Assembly (NCBI GenBank): GCA_028534125.1
Contig: CM052817.1
Span: forward strand, 16,432,001 to 16,496,000
Reading direction: 5' to 3'
DNA: 64,000 nucleotides
Origin: Lama glama
Taxonomy: Eukaryota
The position numbers were made by a program, and so were the translations under genes. Shown here one piece after another: positions 53,001 to 64,000 of this stretch. Positions within the stretch are counted from its first letter, which is position 1. Each line of letters opens with the position of its first letter. The notes under the pieces were generated by a model. That model was not told the DNA's origin and did not search any database. It was given only the letters and a program-made list of their open reading frames with translations.

Positions 53001-56000
53001 TGCATTGATTTTTTTGCATTAGTGATCTTTTTAAATGTTGCATTTAAATCTTGTTTCTCTTGATTACTCATTTTTTTAATGCCACATTAAATTTTGCACC
53101 CAAAGTGAATCCCTCACTTGCCTCACTCTAATACCAGCATGGTAAGCCATAAAAAGGTTACATTTAGCCTAGTAAAACCCCCCTGAAATGCTATTCTGAG
53201 GAAATCATGGAGAAAGAGGTTTAGGGTATGTTCACGTACATACTTCACTATCTTTAAACTGTGTGAAATTATGAAAACTTGTATGAGAAAATTTAGGTTA
53301 TAGGTGACCCTTTTCTTAACGTATTTTAAAAATACTTTTATAGTAATGTTTTAATAGTAAATGCATTTAGTTTTTTTTTTTTTTTTACAACTTCAGGAAT
53401 TATTTTACCATTGCAAAATATAACAGGAGGTAACAGGAGGATGACTGGACCTTTGCAGCTTAACACAATTGTGAAATAAAAAGGACACTCCCCCATCCAT
53501 ACCTTCCCTGAGGAAATGGCTTCAGTAACTAAATTCTAATCAACTGCTGGTAACTTTCTTTTGCCCGTACAGGAAAACAAAATGAATTAAAAAAGGGAAT
53601 TTTCTCTCCAAAGACTAAAGTTCTGGATTCATATGCTTTTTCTGCTTTATCATCTTTATCTGCAATGGGACATATTTCCCCTTCCTGTCTCCTTTGGCCC
53701 CCTACACGGAATTCCGGATTATGGTGAGGTGTGTGGGAATACAATGGGATGAAAGCCAGGGGAGTCGCTTCCCTCAGCCATTTGCACAGCCACCTACGTG
53801 GCTAAGGCGCTCATCATCTCTTCCCTAGAATATTGTAACAGCCTCCAGCGGGCCTCCCTGCCTCCAGCCTGTTCTCTTTCCTGTTCATTTTTTCTATATA
53901 GCTATTGCAGTTTTTTTTTTTCAAACACATGCATTTGATCATGAGACTTCCCTATTTAAATCTTTTTGTGGTGATTTCCTCCTGTATAAGGGATGAAGTA
54001 AAACACAAGACCCTTTATAAGGCCCAGCCACTCCAGCCAGCGTGCTTTTTTCTATCTTCACCCTCATGAAGCCTAAAGCCATTGAACTACTCTGAATTTC
54101 CTGAATAATCCAAGTATTTTTGCTTCATTCTCGTAATTTCCCTCTAACGTTAACTCTCCTCACTCCTATGACAAAAATTTAGTTATTTTTCAAGACAAAC
54201 TTAAAAATATCACCATTTCAGAAAGCCAATTATTCTCCTCCCTCTCCTCTTTCAAAGAAAATTAATCACTCCCTTTGTCATGTCCCAGTGTCCTTTACCC
54301 TATCACCTGTGACCTTACCTGCCTAATCAGCAAGTGTAACACACTTTCTGATAAATATACTAATGAGGACAATCAGACAAAATTCTTTAAATTAAGACTA
54401 CATTGCACATTTGACAATATATTATAATCACGATATATTTAGATCTAAATCATGCTCCCCATAAGCACATTTGATGGCATAATATCATCTTGATTTTAAG
54501 ACACTATTGATTTTAAGATGGCATATTTATTTACTAATGAATTTTTAAAAAGACTATTAATCTACATCAAATTTTTAAACTGTCAAATGTATCCAGATAA
54601 TTACAATTTACTTTTTTTGTTTAGTTTATAGAGTTGGAGTGTAAGTGTTCGACATAATGAGACTCTAAGAGTCCTTCTGAATCATACTTCATCACCTGCA
54701 GTCTGCATGGCATTGTGGTTTATATCGTGATCATTTGGTAATCTTTGCTGGTGATAGTGAACTCTTTAGCACCCTTAGATCCAAGACCATTAAGTCTTGA
54801 AGTCTATTAAAGATAATCACAGTTTCGTTTCTTATTTGGTTAGACTCAGAGTCTTGGTTCCCATTTAATTAAATGATATATTGCTGGAAGTTAAATGGTT
54901 TCTCTTTAAGTGACAGGAAGCTTTGAACAGAGAGACTTCTAAAGCCTGAGTGATAATCCTTCATGGTGCTTGAGTTGCTCACACCTGTCTGTCCCAGGCT
55001 TTAAAGTTCTATCAGCTATATTCCTGAGAGACTTGCCCATTTCTACTGCCTTTAATTGCTTTGCTTGTTGAAGAGAAACATTTTTCTATTTGTTCAATTT
55101 TGTTTGTTTGCTTCATCGTAACATAATCTTTTGGGAGGCACTTAAGCAACAATTAGGAATGCAAAGTTTAGTTACAATTTTATCACCAATGCAAATAAAT
55201 GTGAGAAAATGGTAAATATATGCACTGTGCATCACTAAATATTCCTGTGTTTGGACCTTCTCACTTGTGTTACCCCAGGCGGTGACAGTTCACTTTTCTG
55301 CCTGGCAGCTGGTAGGTAGAAAAGCAAGGGTTGGCATTGATTGTAAAGGCATATTTCATTTCCAGAAATATCAAAACTTAACAAACATTTGCATTTATTG
55401 TCACAAGTTAAGGTAGTTTTTCATGTGTTTGTGCCCTCAACCAGATTATAATAAGCTCCTCAGTCCTGTTTTTTTCTAATCCATCTCTGTGTCCCTAGAG
55501 TCCAGTAGGGTGCTTGGTCTGAATAAGGTGCTCGATAAATCCTGTGGAATGAGTGGGAAAATGCAGACCAGAAACTAGGAGGTAACTAAAGACAGGTGTT
55601 CGTGTATGTTATTTACTTGGACCGACATAGGTTTGAAGGGGGGCGAATCTCAGTTTATTCTTCCTTGTTTTGTGAATTGTGATAGAGATGTTTTGTTCCT
55701 CAATTTTAAGAATGTTTTTCTCCAAGAGGTAAAAAGTCATGTAAATGGACAGAATTTTCTTGCTTAAATTGTCCGTGAATCTTTGGAATGTGCTTCTACT
55801 TCTCTGATAGGGAACAGTTCACAAACAAGTAAATAAACAAGTAGCAAGCAAGTGTTCACAGGACATTTTAGAGCTATCTGATAGTCCTTAGGTCCAGAGA
55901 TTGATTTTCCAAGGAAATGTGTGCTGAAGACTGCGCTTTTTTATTGAATACATGTACTTGTATCGTATCGAGGCTAGTAAAACTGTTCTTGCTTCACATA

Positions 56001-56219
56001 GTGGATTTAAATAAACCGGTATTTCATGGAGCTATTTAAGGAAACTTCTCTACTGTTCAGGGTTAGGACTAGATGCACTGTCAGCCCAGAGGCTCTTCAA
56101 AGTGGGAGGTGCGAAGAAATTGACACAACATTGTAAACTGACTATATTTCAATTTAAAAAAAAAAAAGGAAAAAAGAAAAGAAGAAGAAGAGGGAGGCAT
56201 GAAAAACCTGGGAGTGGGG

Positions 56220-56525
56220 TGTTCTAGTTATGCATTGCTTATAACAAACTATCCCAAACGTATTGACTTAAATCAGCGATCATTTTATTATATCTCATGA
56301 TTTTGTGCATGAGGAATTCAGGCAGGGGTCAGCAACAGCGCTCCGTGTGGCATCACGTAGGATCCCTTGGCAGTGTTTGGTGGGAGGAGGCTGGGCAGGC
56401 CAGGAGGGTACAAGTCAGCTTTGCTCGCACGTCTGGGCAGGCTTGGTGGGTCAGATGAAGGTTCAGCTCAGCGGGGACTGTCCACTGGAGCGCCTTCGTG
56501 TGGTTTTTCTATCATGGTGGCCTTG
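56220..56525 (-). mobile_element. Old MLT1 MaLR LTR, antisense
   Basis: AGTTATGCATTGCTTATAACAAACTATCCCAAA..TGACTTAAA..CATTTTATTATATCTCATGATTTTGTG. Confidence 0.7.
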
Positions 56526-57084
56526 GGGTAAACCCTGGATAGTTTGAGGGAATTCTGAACGTGAATTCTTGGATTGTTACTGTGTTGTCACTCTTTCACT
56601 TGGACAAAGCTGTTTTTCAGGAAATACCCACCTGGCATGTGTCTGTATTCCACTCTGCCCTAATTTACCCAGCTCCCCTATGTGTTGAGCTCATTGTGCA
56701 TTGAGGTCAGAAATGAATCATTTGGGCAAAACATGTTATCCCCTCTTCTCCAGAGTCTGAAACACACACATTCCACCCTATGCATCATCTGACCTGGATA
56801 GTGGCTCTTAACATGTTTTGCCAAATGGAATTCATATCTGACTCCTCTTGCAAGGCTAATTTCACTCAGAAAAAGAAATAACTTTTAATTTTAGGGTTAT
56901 TATATTTGATGAGATTAATTATCCCCTACTTTTAAAAATGCATATTTCAGTGGATAACAAGGATGTGAAGAAATGCATAAAGGAAAAAATAAAATATGGG
57001 AAAAAATACAGTTGTTTGTTTGACTTTGAAAAGTGCCAGTGTCCTTTCTTTTGCTGCTTCATGGTCCTATGGACCATTTTAATT

Positions 57085-57610
57085 TAAAGTTAGGTTTACT
57101 GAGGTAATAATTGACATGCAGTAAAATTTGCCTATTTTAGTGTAGAGTTCTATGAGTTTTGACAAACAAATGTGCTGTGTAATCACCACAATCAAGGTAT
57201 AGAGCATTTCCATTCCTTCCTCAAATTCCCTAGAGCCCATTGAAGCTTACCCCTTCCTGTATCCCCAGGCCCTAAAAATCACTGATCTGTTTTCAGGCTC
57301 TATATTTCTGCCTTTTCCAGAAAGTCATATTAATGGAACATTACACTGTGTAGCCTTTTGAGTCTGGCTTCTGTTACTCAGCTAATACATTCAAGATGCA
57401 CCCACGATGTGCCTGTACTGGTGGTTTGTCCTTTGTCATTGCTGAACAGTATTCCATTGTGTGCATGTACCACAGTTTGTTTATCCATTCACAGTTGAAG
57501 GACATTTGGGTTGTGTCCAGGTTTGGGTGTTTATGAATCAAGCCACTATAATTATCTGCATACAGATTTTTATATGAACATAGGTTTTTGTTTCCCTTGG
57601 GTAAATCCTA
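57085..57610 (-). mobile_element. L1M 3' end, antisense
   Basis: GTATTCCATTGTGTGCATGTACCACAGTTTGTTTATCCATTCAC..TTGAAGGACATTTGGGTTG. Confidence 0.8.
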
Positions 57611-58126
57611 TGGGCCATTTTCTTGGCTCCCCCAAATTCGTCCAGCTGTCTGTCTGCCCTGTCCTCAGAACCCCAGCCTGGAGAGTCGAGCACCATTCTT
57701 ACTTTGAGCAAAGATGTGTGAGTTCTAGAGGCAAGGACAGTTTCAGAATTTAGGTCTCTAGACAGCTGACAGACCCTCTGAGGATGCAGGGAAATAAATA
57801 AAATGCAGAGAAATAGATGGGTGATGGATGGATGGAGGGAGGAGAAGTGGGGGAAAATAAGGTGTGTGAGCACGAGACAGGTCTCCCACGTCAGGTACTG
57901 TAATTAAGGGCTGCTTCTTCATTAGTCGCCCAGCTGCCTATAAAATTGAATTGTGTCTCTCTGCTTATAAACTGGAATTGTGACTCACTGAATTATGATT
58001 TGCTTAAATCCGCTCTTGCCATTTGTGCGTAGGAGCTAATGTATTGCAGCTGATACCTGGACTAAAGTGAGATGATTAGGAGGTTTTTGGTCATCGGAGA
58101 TTTCTATTAATAATTCTGTTTGAAGA

Positions 58127-58358
58127 ACAATAGTAGCTAACACTGAGCACTTGCCGTGTACCAGATACTGTTCTAAGGACTTTACATATTCGAACTCATT
58201 TAATCCTCCTGACAACCTTAAGAGCTAGCGATAATTTTCCCCACTTGACAGATTTTATAGAATCTGAGGCACAGAGAGATTGAGGACTGTAAGCAAGTGG
58301 CAGCGCTGGAGTCAACACAGGCCACCTGGCTCGCGACCCAGTTGCTTAACCACTAGGC
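58127..58358 (-). mobile_element. MIR SINE, antisense
   Basis: AATAGTAGCTAACACTGAGCACTT...CTCATTTAATCCTCCTGACAACC...TGAGGCACAGAGAG. Confidence 0.75.
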
Positions 58359-59533
58359 TATCCTGCCCCTACATGTCGGCCAGGAAGAGCCAGCACTGGG
58401 CATGCCTTCTCCGGTCTTCATACTGGCCCAGCAAGGTGACTCTTACTATCCCTATTTTTATAGACAAGGGAATTGAGACTCAGGGAAATTAAGTAACTAG
58501 GTCAAGGCCCCTGGCTGGTGGGTCATGGAGTTGGGAAGGGAATCCAAGTTAATCCACATGCTCTCCACCACCTCTCCTTGCCTCTAATAAAATCCTTTGG
58601 TTTGCCTTGGACTTGACCTAAGTTGAGAGGCTGTCGAAGACGTGAAATGAAGATGAATCTGTCTGTGTCTCTGTTAGCCTGCTGTCCAGGCTCAGCGCGT
58701 GCTGCCTGCGCATTCCTGCCGGGAGCTGGCTCCCTGCAGCCTGCTGGCCCTGGAGAGGAGCTCTGTGGGGACCAGGAGGCCGATTGTAAAAATATTCTGA
58801 TTTTTACCAGGCCTTTTCTGAAATAATAAACTCCCCTAGGAAAGTTGGGGGAAAAATCACACACACACACAAAAATACTTGTTGAAGGTATATTTATAAT
58901 ATATGTCTTTTTGCATTCATTTGACTCAAATTTCCTTAATAGGCTGCTTATTCTGGGCATCATGCTTGCTCTAATTAGTTTTTTTTTTTTTTATCATGTG
59001 ATGGTTGGTCTCTGGAGATGAGAGAGCTTAAAAGCCTGAGCGGCAGCCACGGCTATAGAACCACCAGCTCGTCATTGCCTTGGCTGTACTTCTGTGAGGT
59101 GGAGGGGAGGGTGGCCTGGTCCTTGTAAGTCTTACCTTGCACAAAAATGCCCTGACATGGGGGATGCTTGGGTTTTACTATTTATTTTATCATCATTGGG
59201 CATATTCTTCGTGCTCAGCTCTGTGTTCAGCACTTTTGGACATTTGCTATCTCTAGTTGCCGCATCTGTCTCCCTACTGAGCCGAGTTCCTGAGTGTAGG
59301 GAAATATGTCATCAAGGATGAATTGGATCTGGTTTTCTATCATCCAGTAGCCCCGAGCTTAGTATGAGAAACCGACATATATATAAATAATCTGAAAACA
59401 TGGCACACTGTGATGGTGCAATAGTATCATAACAATAATAATGAACATTTAAGGAAAGAGTATTATCGTCCTGGCACCGTGCTAAATCCTGCACGTGTTC
59501 ATATGCATCTTTAATCCTTAGTGAAATCAGTGC

Positions 59534-59990
59534 TGTGGCAGTTATCTATTACTGTAATAATGCTGGATAACAACCATAAAGCATCAGTGGCATGTGGCAA
59601 CATTTATTTTTGCTCCCAAGTCTGAGCATTGGCTGGGAGCTTCCGCTTCTGGGGCAGCTAGCTGTTGGCTGAGGCACCTCAGCTGAGTTCACGTGTGCAT
59701 CTGGGTGGCCAGGGCTAGTTGGTCTAAGAAGGTCTCAGGTGAGATCATTGGCCTCCGTTTTACTCTGTTTCTCCTCTTCCAAGAGGCTAACTCTGGCCTC
59801 TTCTCATGACAGAGACAGGATGCCAAGAAGCATGTGGAAGTACACAAACCTTTTGAGGCTAAAACTCGAAACTGGCACACAGTCAATTCTGCTGCATTTG
59901 TACTTGGCCAAAGCAAATTTACAAGGGTAACCTAGATTCAGGGAATGGGGGTTAGGCTCTACCTCTTGATGCTGCAAAGTTATTCTCTTA
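59534..59990 (-). mobile_element. Old MLT1 MaLR LTR, antisense
   Basis: TGTGGCAGTTATCTATTACTGTAATAATGCTGGATAACAACC...TTGGCCAAAGCAA...CTCTACCTCTTGATG. Confidence 0.7.
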
Positions 59991-60236
59991 AAGGCATGGG
60001 TACCAGAGTGGTGAAGGAGTATAGCAGACATTTTTGTTATCTTACCGCAGGGACTATGATCATCTCCATTTTACAGATAAAGAAACTGATGCATGGAGAG
60101 GTACCCAAGCTCACACAGAAAGTAACTGCATCATAAGCAAAAGGGCTACAGAAGTATTGATGAAGGAAGAGATTGATGCTTTTATTAAAGACTTGAAGTC
60201 TTCTTTGGTGTGAGGATAAATCAGAACTGGGGCACT

Positions 60237-60686
60237 GTATCAGATGCTGTTGATGTCTTGCCCCGGTTCATACCGGGACCACCTGTGAGTTCACCGGCAG
60301 CTAAGGGGGACAGCCTGCCAGCTTCTCACTTCAAGGGGCTCTCTGCTCCTCTGCTTAAGGCTTTTTCCAGGGTCATCAAAGTTTGTTCTGTCTACTTGCA
60401 GGGCACCCTGCAAGTGTCAGAGGTAATGCCCCACCGGGGCAACCCTCAACCAATGTGGGATAGGAGCTGAGAAATCAATACCCCAGCTTCCCCAACCTGG
60501 GTGGACTAATTCTGTGGCACATTTTACAGAGTTCCTCAGATGACCCCCCCCCAGAGACTGAGCCCAGGTTACTCTCAGTAGTAGCCCGCTCATTAACACA
60601 CACCTTATCACTGTCCTCTTTCAAGGAAGCCACCTGCATCCAAGCCTTTGTCTTAGCCACTTTTGCAAGAAATCAAACGAAGACAT
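60237..60686 (+). mobile_element. LTR16-family (ERVL) solo LTR
   Basis: TGTATCAGATGCTGT...GGGGCAACCCTCAACCAATG...CAAGCCTTTGTCTTAG...AAACGAAGACA. Confidence 0.7.
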
Positions 60687-61699
60687 CTTGAAGAATGGAC
60701 AAGATATTGACAGATAGGGGGGAGCCTAGTGCACTGTTCTGGGTAGAGGATCTCATTTGACAAGGTCTTGAAGCTTTTCTCAGCTAGTCTGTTTTGTTTG
60801 TCCAGAAGTGCTTTTCAGAACAAGGGACTGATTTTGTAACATGTAAAGCAAACATGTCAGGTACTGCTTTCTAAGTTACTCATTAGGCACATTAACTTTT
60901 TTTTCCTTCTCAAAAAATTAACTTTTCTAGTTATAAAAGAAATGCAGGCACATTGCAGAAAAATTGGAAATGCAAAAGAAAATAAAAAGAAGGAAGAAAA
61001 ATACATAATCCTACACACAGAGGCAAGTCCTACTACATTTTTTCCTATATTTTCTTTTGAGTGTTCTTGTAATATGTTTCATGTATACTATATATTCAGT
61101 TTGGGATTTTTCTTTTCCACTAATATAAAAGCAAAAGCATTTTATAATATTATTCATAAATTTCCAGAAATCTACTTTTAATGGCTGCCCTATAGTACAG
61201 CATGTGAATGGGGCATAGGTTTACTTAATTGTTCCCCAAGCTCTGGACAGTATGTCTAAATTTTCTTTGTGCAAATAATACTATATTTACATCATTGTGT
61301 AATCACATTTTATGTTAATTTCAGATTATTCCTTTTAGGAATGATTTCTGGAAATAGAATTAGTAGGTTACAGGGTTTAAACATTTTCACAGGCTTTTGA
61401 CCATCAAAATCTTAACTTTAACATTTAGGTTTTGAACTTCTAAATAGATAGGAGCTGCTTTTGCCCAGCACAGGTATCTATCTTAGTACCTGAAGAGGTT
61501 TTTTTTTATTAAGGAATTATTCATACAGTCAACTTATATTTATTGAGCACCTATTATGATCAGGCATGATTCTAGATACTAGAGATACCAATGAACAGCA
61601 CACACACAAATCCCTGCCCTGGGCGAGTACGAGATGAGCCTCAAACATCTGATGAATACTAGAGAGTAAGGAAGTGCTTAAAAAACGATGAGTCCATGT

Positions 61700-62810
61700 C
61701 ATGAGGGCCCTGCTTGAAAGGGTTCCCACCAGCAAAATCTGGTATAATTTGAATACCAAATAATTAAGGAAAACAGTGAGTTATAAGGATTGAAAAAATA
61801 GAAATTGATGAATCCATTGTAATAATAAGTAGATAAACAAACAAGGGAGAAAGGATGGCTCTTGCTTATAGCAAAATGCTGAGGTCCCCACCAGTAAATG
61901 GGCAGGGGTTGCTGAAGTTGGAAATTGCCATTTTATTACTATCATAATAAAGATTGGCTTAGGCAAGAATCATTGATGGATTATAAATCTAGGAGGCAAT
62001 TTTCATAAGGAACAGGAGATTTGCACGGTCTTTGGTGTCTCTCTAGAGATTGGGCATCAGTTGAGAGGGAAAGAACAGTAACTACACAGTGTAGAAACAG
62101 GACAACACCTCGACTAGACGATAAAAACTGGTATCACCCATGTGGGGCAGGGGGATGGTGTGTGCTTCCAGATGTCATTCATTGAGATGGACACATGGCA
62201 TCAGTGATGTATCCTGACTGAGAATGCCTCACCTGAGTATACCCATGAGAAAATATCAGACCAAGCCCAAATGAGGAAGGTTCCATTGAGGGGCAAAGAG
62301 AGAGCGAGAGAGGGAGAGAGAGAGAGAACTACTATAGTCTTCAAAATGTCAATGTCATAAAATACAAAGAAAGGCTGAACTGGGTGGGGGAAATGCTATA
62401 AAGAAGAGTATTAGGTCAGTTGACATTATTGGGTCAATTATGAATTGGAATACGCTAAATACATTAGATAAAAGTATTTTATCAGAGTTAAATCCACTGA
62501 AGTTGATAACTGTGGTATGATTATTTAGAAGAATATCCCAATTGTTAGGAAATACACACTGAAGTAATTAGGGGTAACAGGCCATGATGTAGGCAACCTA
62601 CTCTCAAATGTTGAGAAGAAGTATTATATAATTATATAGTATGGTTTTATAATTAAAATAATAACATATGTTTTATACATGAGAGGGAGGACGTAAATTA
62701 TATGCATATGGGTAAAATGCTAGCACTAGATCAGTCTGGGGATAGGGCTCATGGGTGTTCTTTGTACTACTATGCTTGCCACTTTTCTGCGTTTAGAATG
62801 ATTTCCAAAC
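61700..62810 (+). mobile_element. Old L1M 3' UTR fragment
   Basis: GGAAATACACACTGAAGTAATTAGGGGTAA...CTACTCTCAAATG...GTTCTTTGTACTAC. Confidence 0.65.
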
Positions 62811-62826
62811 AAAAACTTGCATGCGT

Positions 62827-62827
<1 letters not shown>

Positions 62828-62857
<30 letters not shown>
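62828..62857. repeat. (CA)n microsatellite
   Basis: Perfect CA run, ~15 units. Confidence 0.95.
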
Positions 62858-62858
<1 letters not shown>

Positions 62859-63145
62859 CTTGGATCTCATAGCACCTACATACATTCATTAAGATTACAA
62901 AAAGATTGGAAGAGAATAACTGAATCCCCACACTGGAATGAAACCTGTGTTTGAACACTTTACTAAATATGTGCTTACGCATAATCAGCCTTCCAGTATC
63001 ACCTTGCAGTACCCTCTCTCCAGGATGGGCTGGGTCCTTAACCTGTGGGTTGAGGTCCTCTGTCTGTGCCCCACTTCTCCATGGTTATATCCACAACATC
63101 TCGTCCCCCTAGTGTTCTGCACGGTGATTTTCCCATTTCAGGGCT

Positions 63146-63570
63146 ATGTTGACTGGGTTCCAGCTAGGACAGTGGAAACCTTCTGGGTATTAAAACAGAG
63201 GGAGTTTAATGTGGGGAATTGGTTACATGGGTGATGGAAGAGTTGAGAAGAGAGAGAGTTCAGGAGATTGAAGCGACCCAAAGGTTTGCAATGGCAGAAA
63301 GCCACTGCCACCTCTGAGCTGGAGAGACAAAGAGAGAAGGCATTGTTGCTGGAGCCCAGGGGCTTGGGTCACCTGGTGGACGCAGGAACCACCACAAACC
63401 TGTCTGGCAGGAGCTAGCAGCTCAGACACAGCCACTGCTGGAGGAATGTCCAGTAAAGTGAAGTCCCTGCTTCTCCCTTCCTCTGGCTCCATCTCCCATG
63501 ACTGCCTCCCCATGGCTGAACACAGGGCACCTTGGGAAATGCAGCTTGCCGGAGTCAGCCCATCTCTCAC
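63146..63570 (-). mobile_element. ERVL-type solo LTR, antisense
   Basis: AAACAGAGGGAGTTTAATGTGGGGAATTGGTTACATGGGTGATGGAAGAGTTGAGAAG...CTCCCATGGCTGAAC. Confidence 0.55.
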
Positions 63571-64000
63571 TCTCTTAACACACACATCTTGTGGGATGTG
63601 GAGCAGAACTGGGGAAGGATGAAAATGGATCCGAGCACAGCCACTCCTGTGCCCTTATTGCTATTTGCATATAATTCTTGGCATTTGCATGCACAATGTT
63701 CAAAATCCCCTTTATGTATTATCTCTAGGGAGGCTTGGCTTCTCTCCTGTCTTTGTTTTTTGGTAAATTTCTGGTCTAAGTTCTTGGGCCTGTGACTCCT
63801 TTTCTATTCTAAGCCCTCTGTTGGCCATGATTCCTCTCAAGCCAGCCTGGGTTAGCCATGGTTTCTGCAGCCAAGCAGATCCCTTTGAAGTCCTGCATAG
63901 TTTTTGCGCTAATGTTTATAGCGAGGCTACACCTTTAGGGGTGCTAATCATGCACTTCTCACTCTCTCTCTGGTCTAGTTGCTGTTTCCCAAACACTGTC

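Noticed and set aside
60262..60277. Hairpin CCCGGT-TCAT-ACCGGG
   Set aside because: A 6-bp stem inside an LTR16 remnant; expected by chance.

Overview
Mammalian genomic DNA, most likely a camelid (inferred from four copies of a tRNA-derived SINE resembling camelid Vic-1). Bases 1-22.3 kb hold the 5' part of DHX15 (DEAH-box spliceosome-disassembly helicase, Prp43 orthologue) on the minus strand. Its CpG-island promoter lies at ~21.1-22.3 kb. Coding exons 1-3 (21865-21935, 15563-15998, 10621-10814; 71+436+194 nt) have canonical GT-AG junctions, and intron 3 runs off the left edge. Bases 22.3-64 kb are gene-free upstream DNA dominated by transposable elements. These include a ~10-kb decayed ERVL provirus with LTR16A-like LTRs and at least six nested younger insertions, a young L1 with an apparent 3' transduction, old L1/L2/MIR fragments, MaLR and ERVL solo LTRs, and DNA transposons. 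No new protein-coding system is visible. The most interesting unexplained signals are in DHX15 introns: a cluster of strong splice signals in intron 2 (candidate poison exon or recursive-splice site plus a 158-nt mini-intron), a candidate cassette exon in intron 3, and a GAAA-tetraloop hairpin in intron 3. Repeat family names come from remembered consensus sequences, and repeat boundaries are approximate unless TSDs are given.
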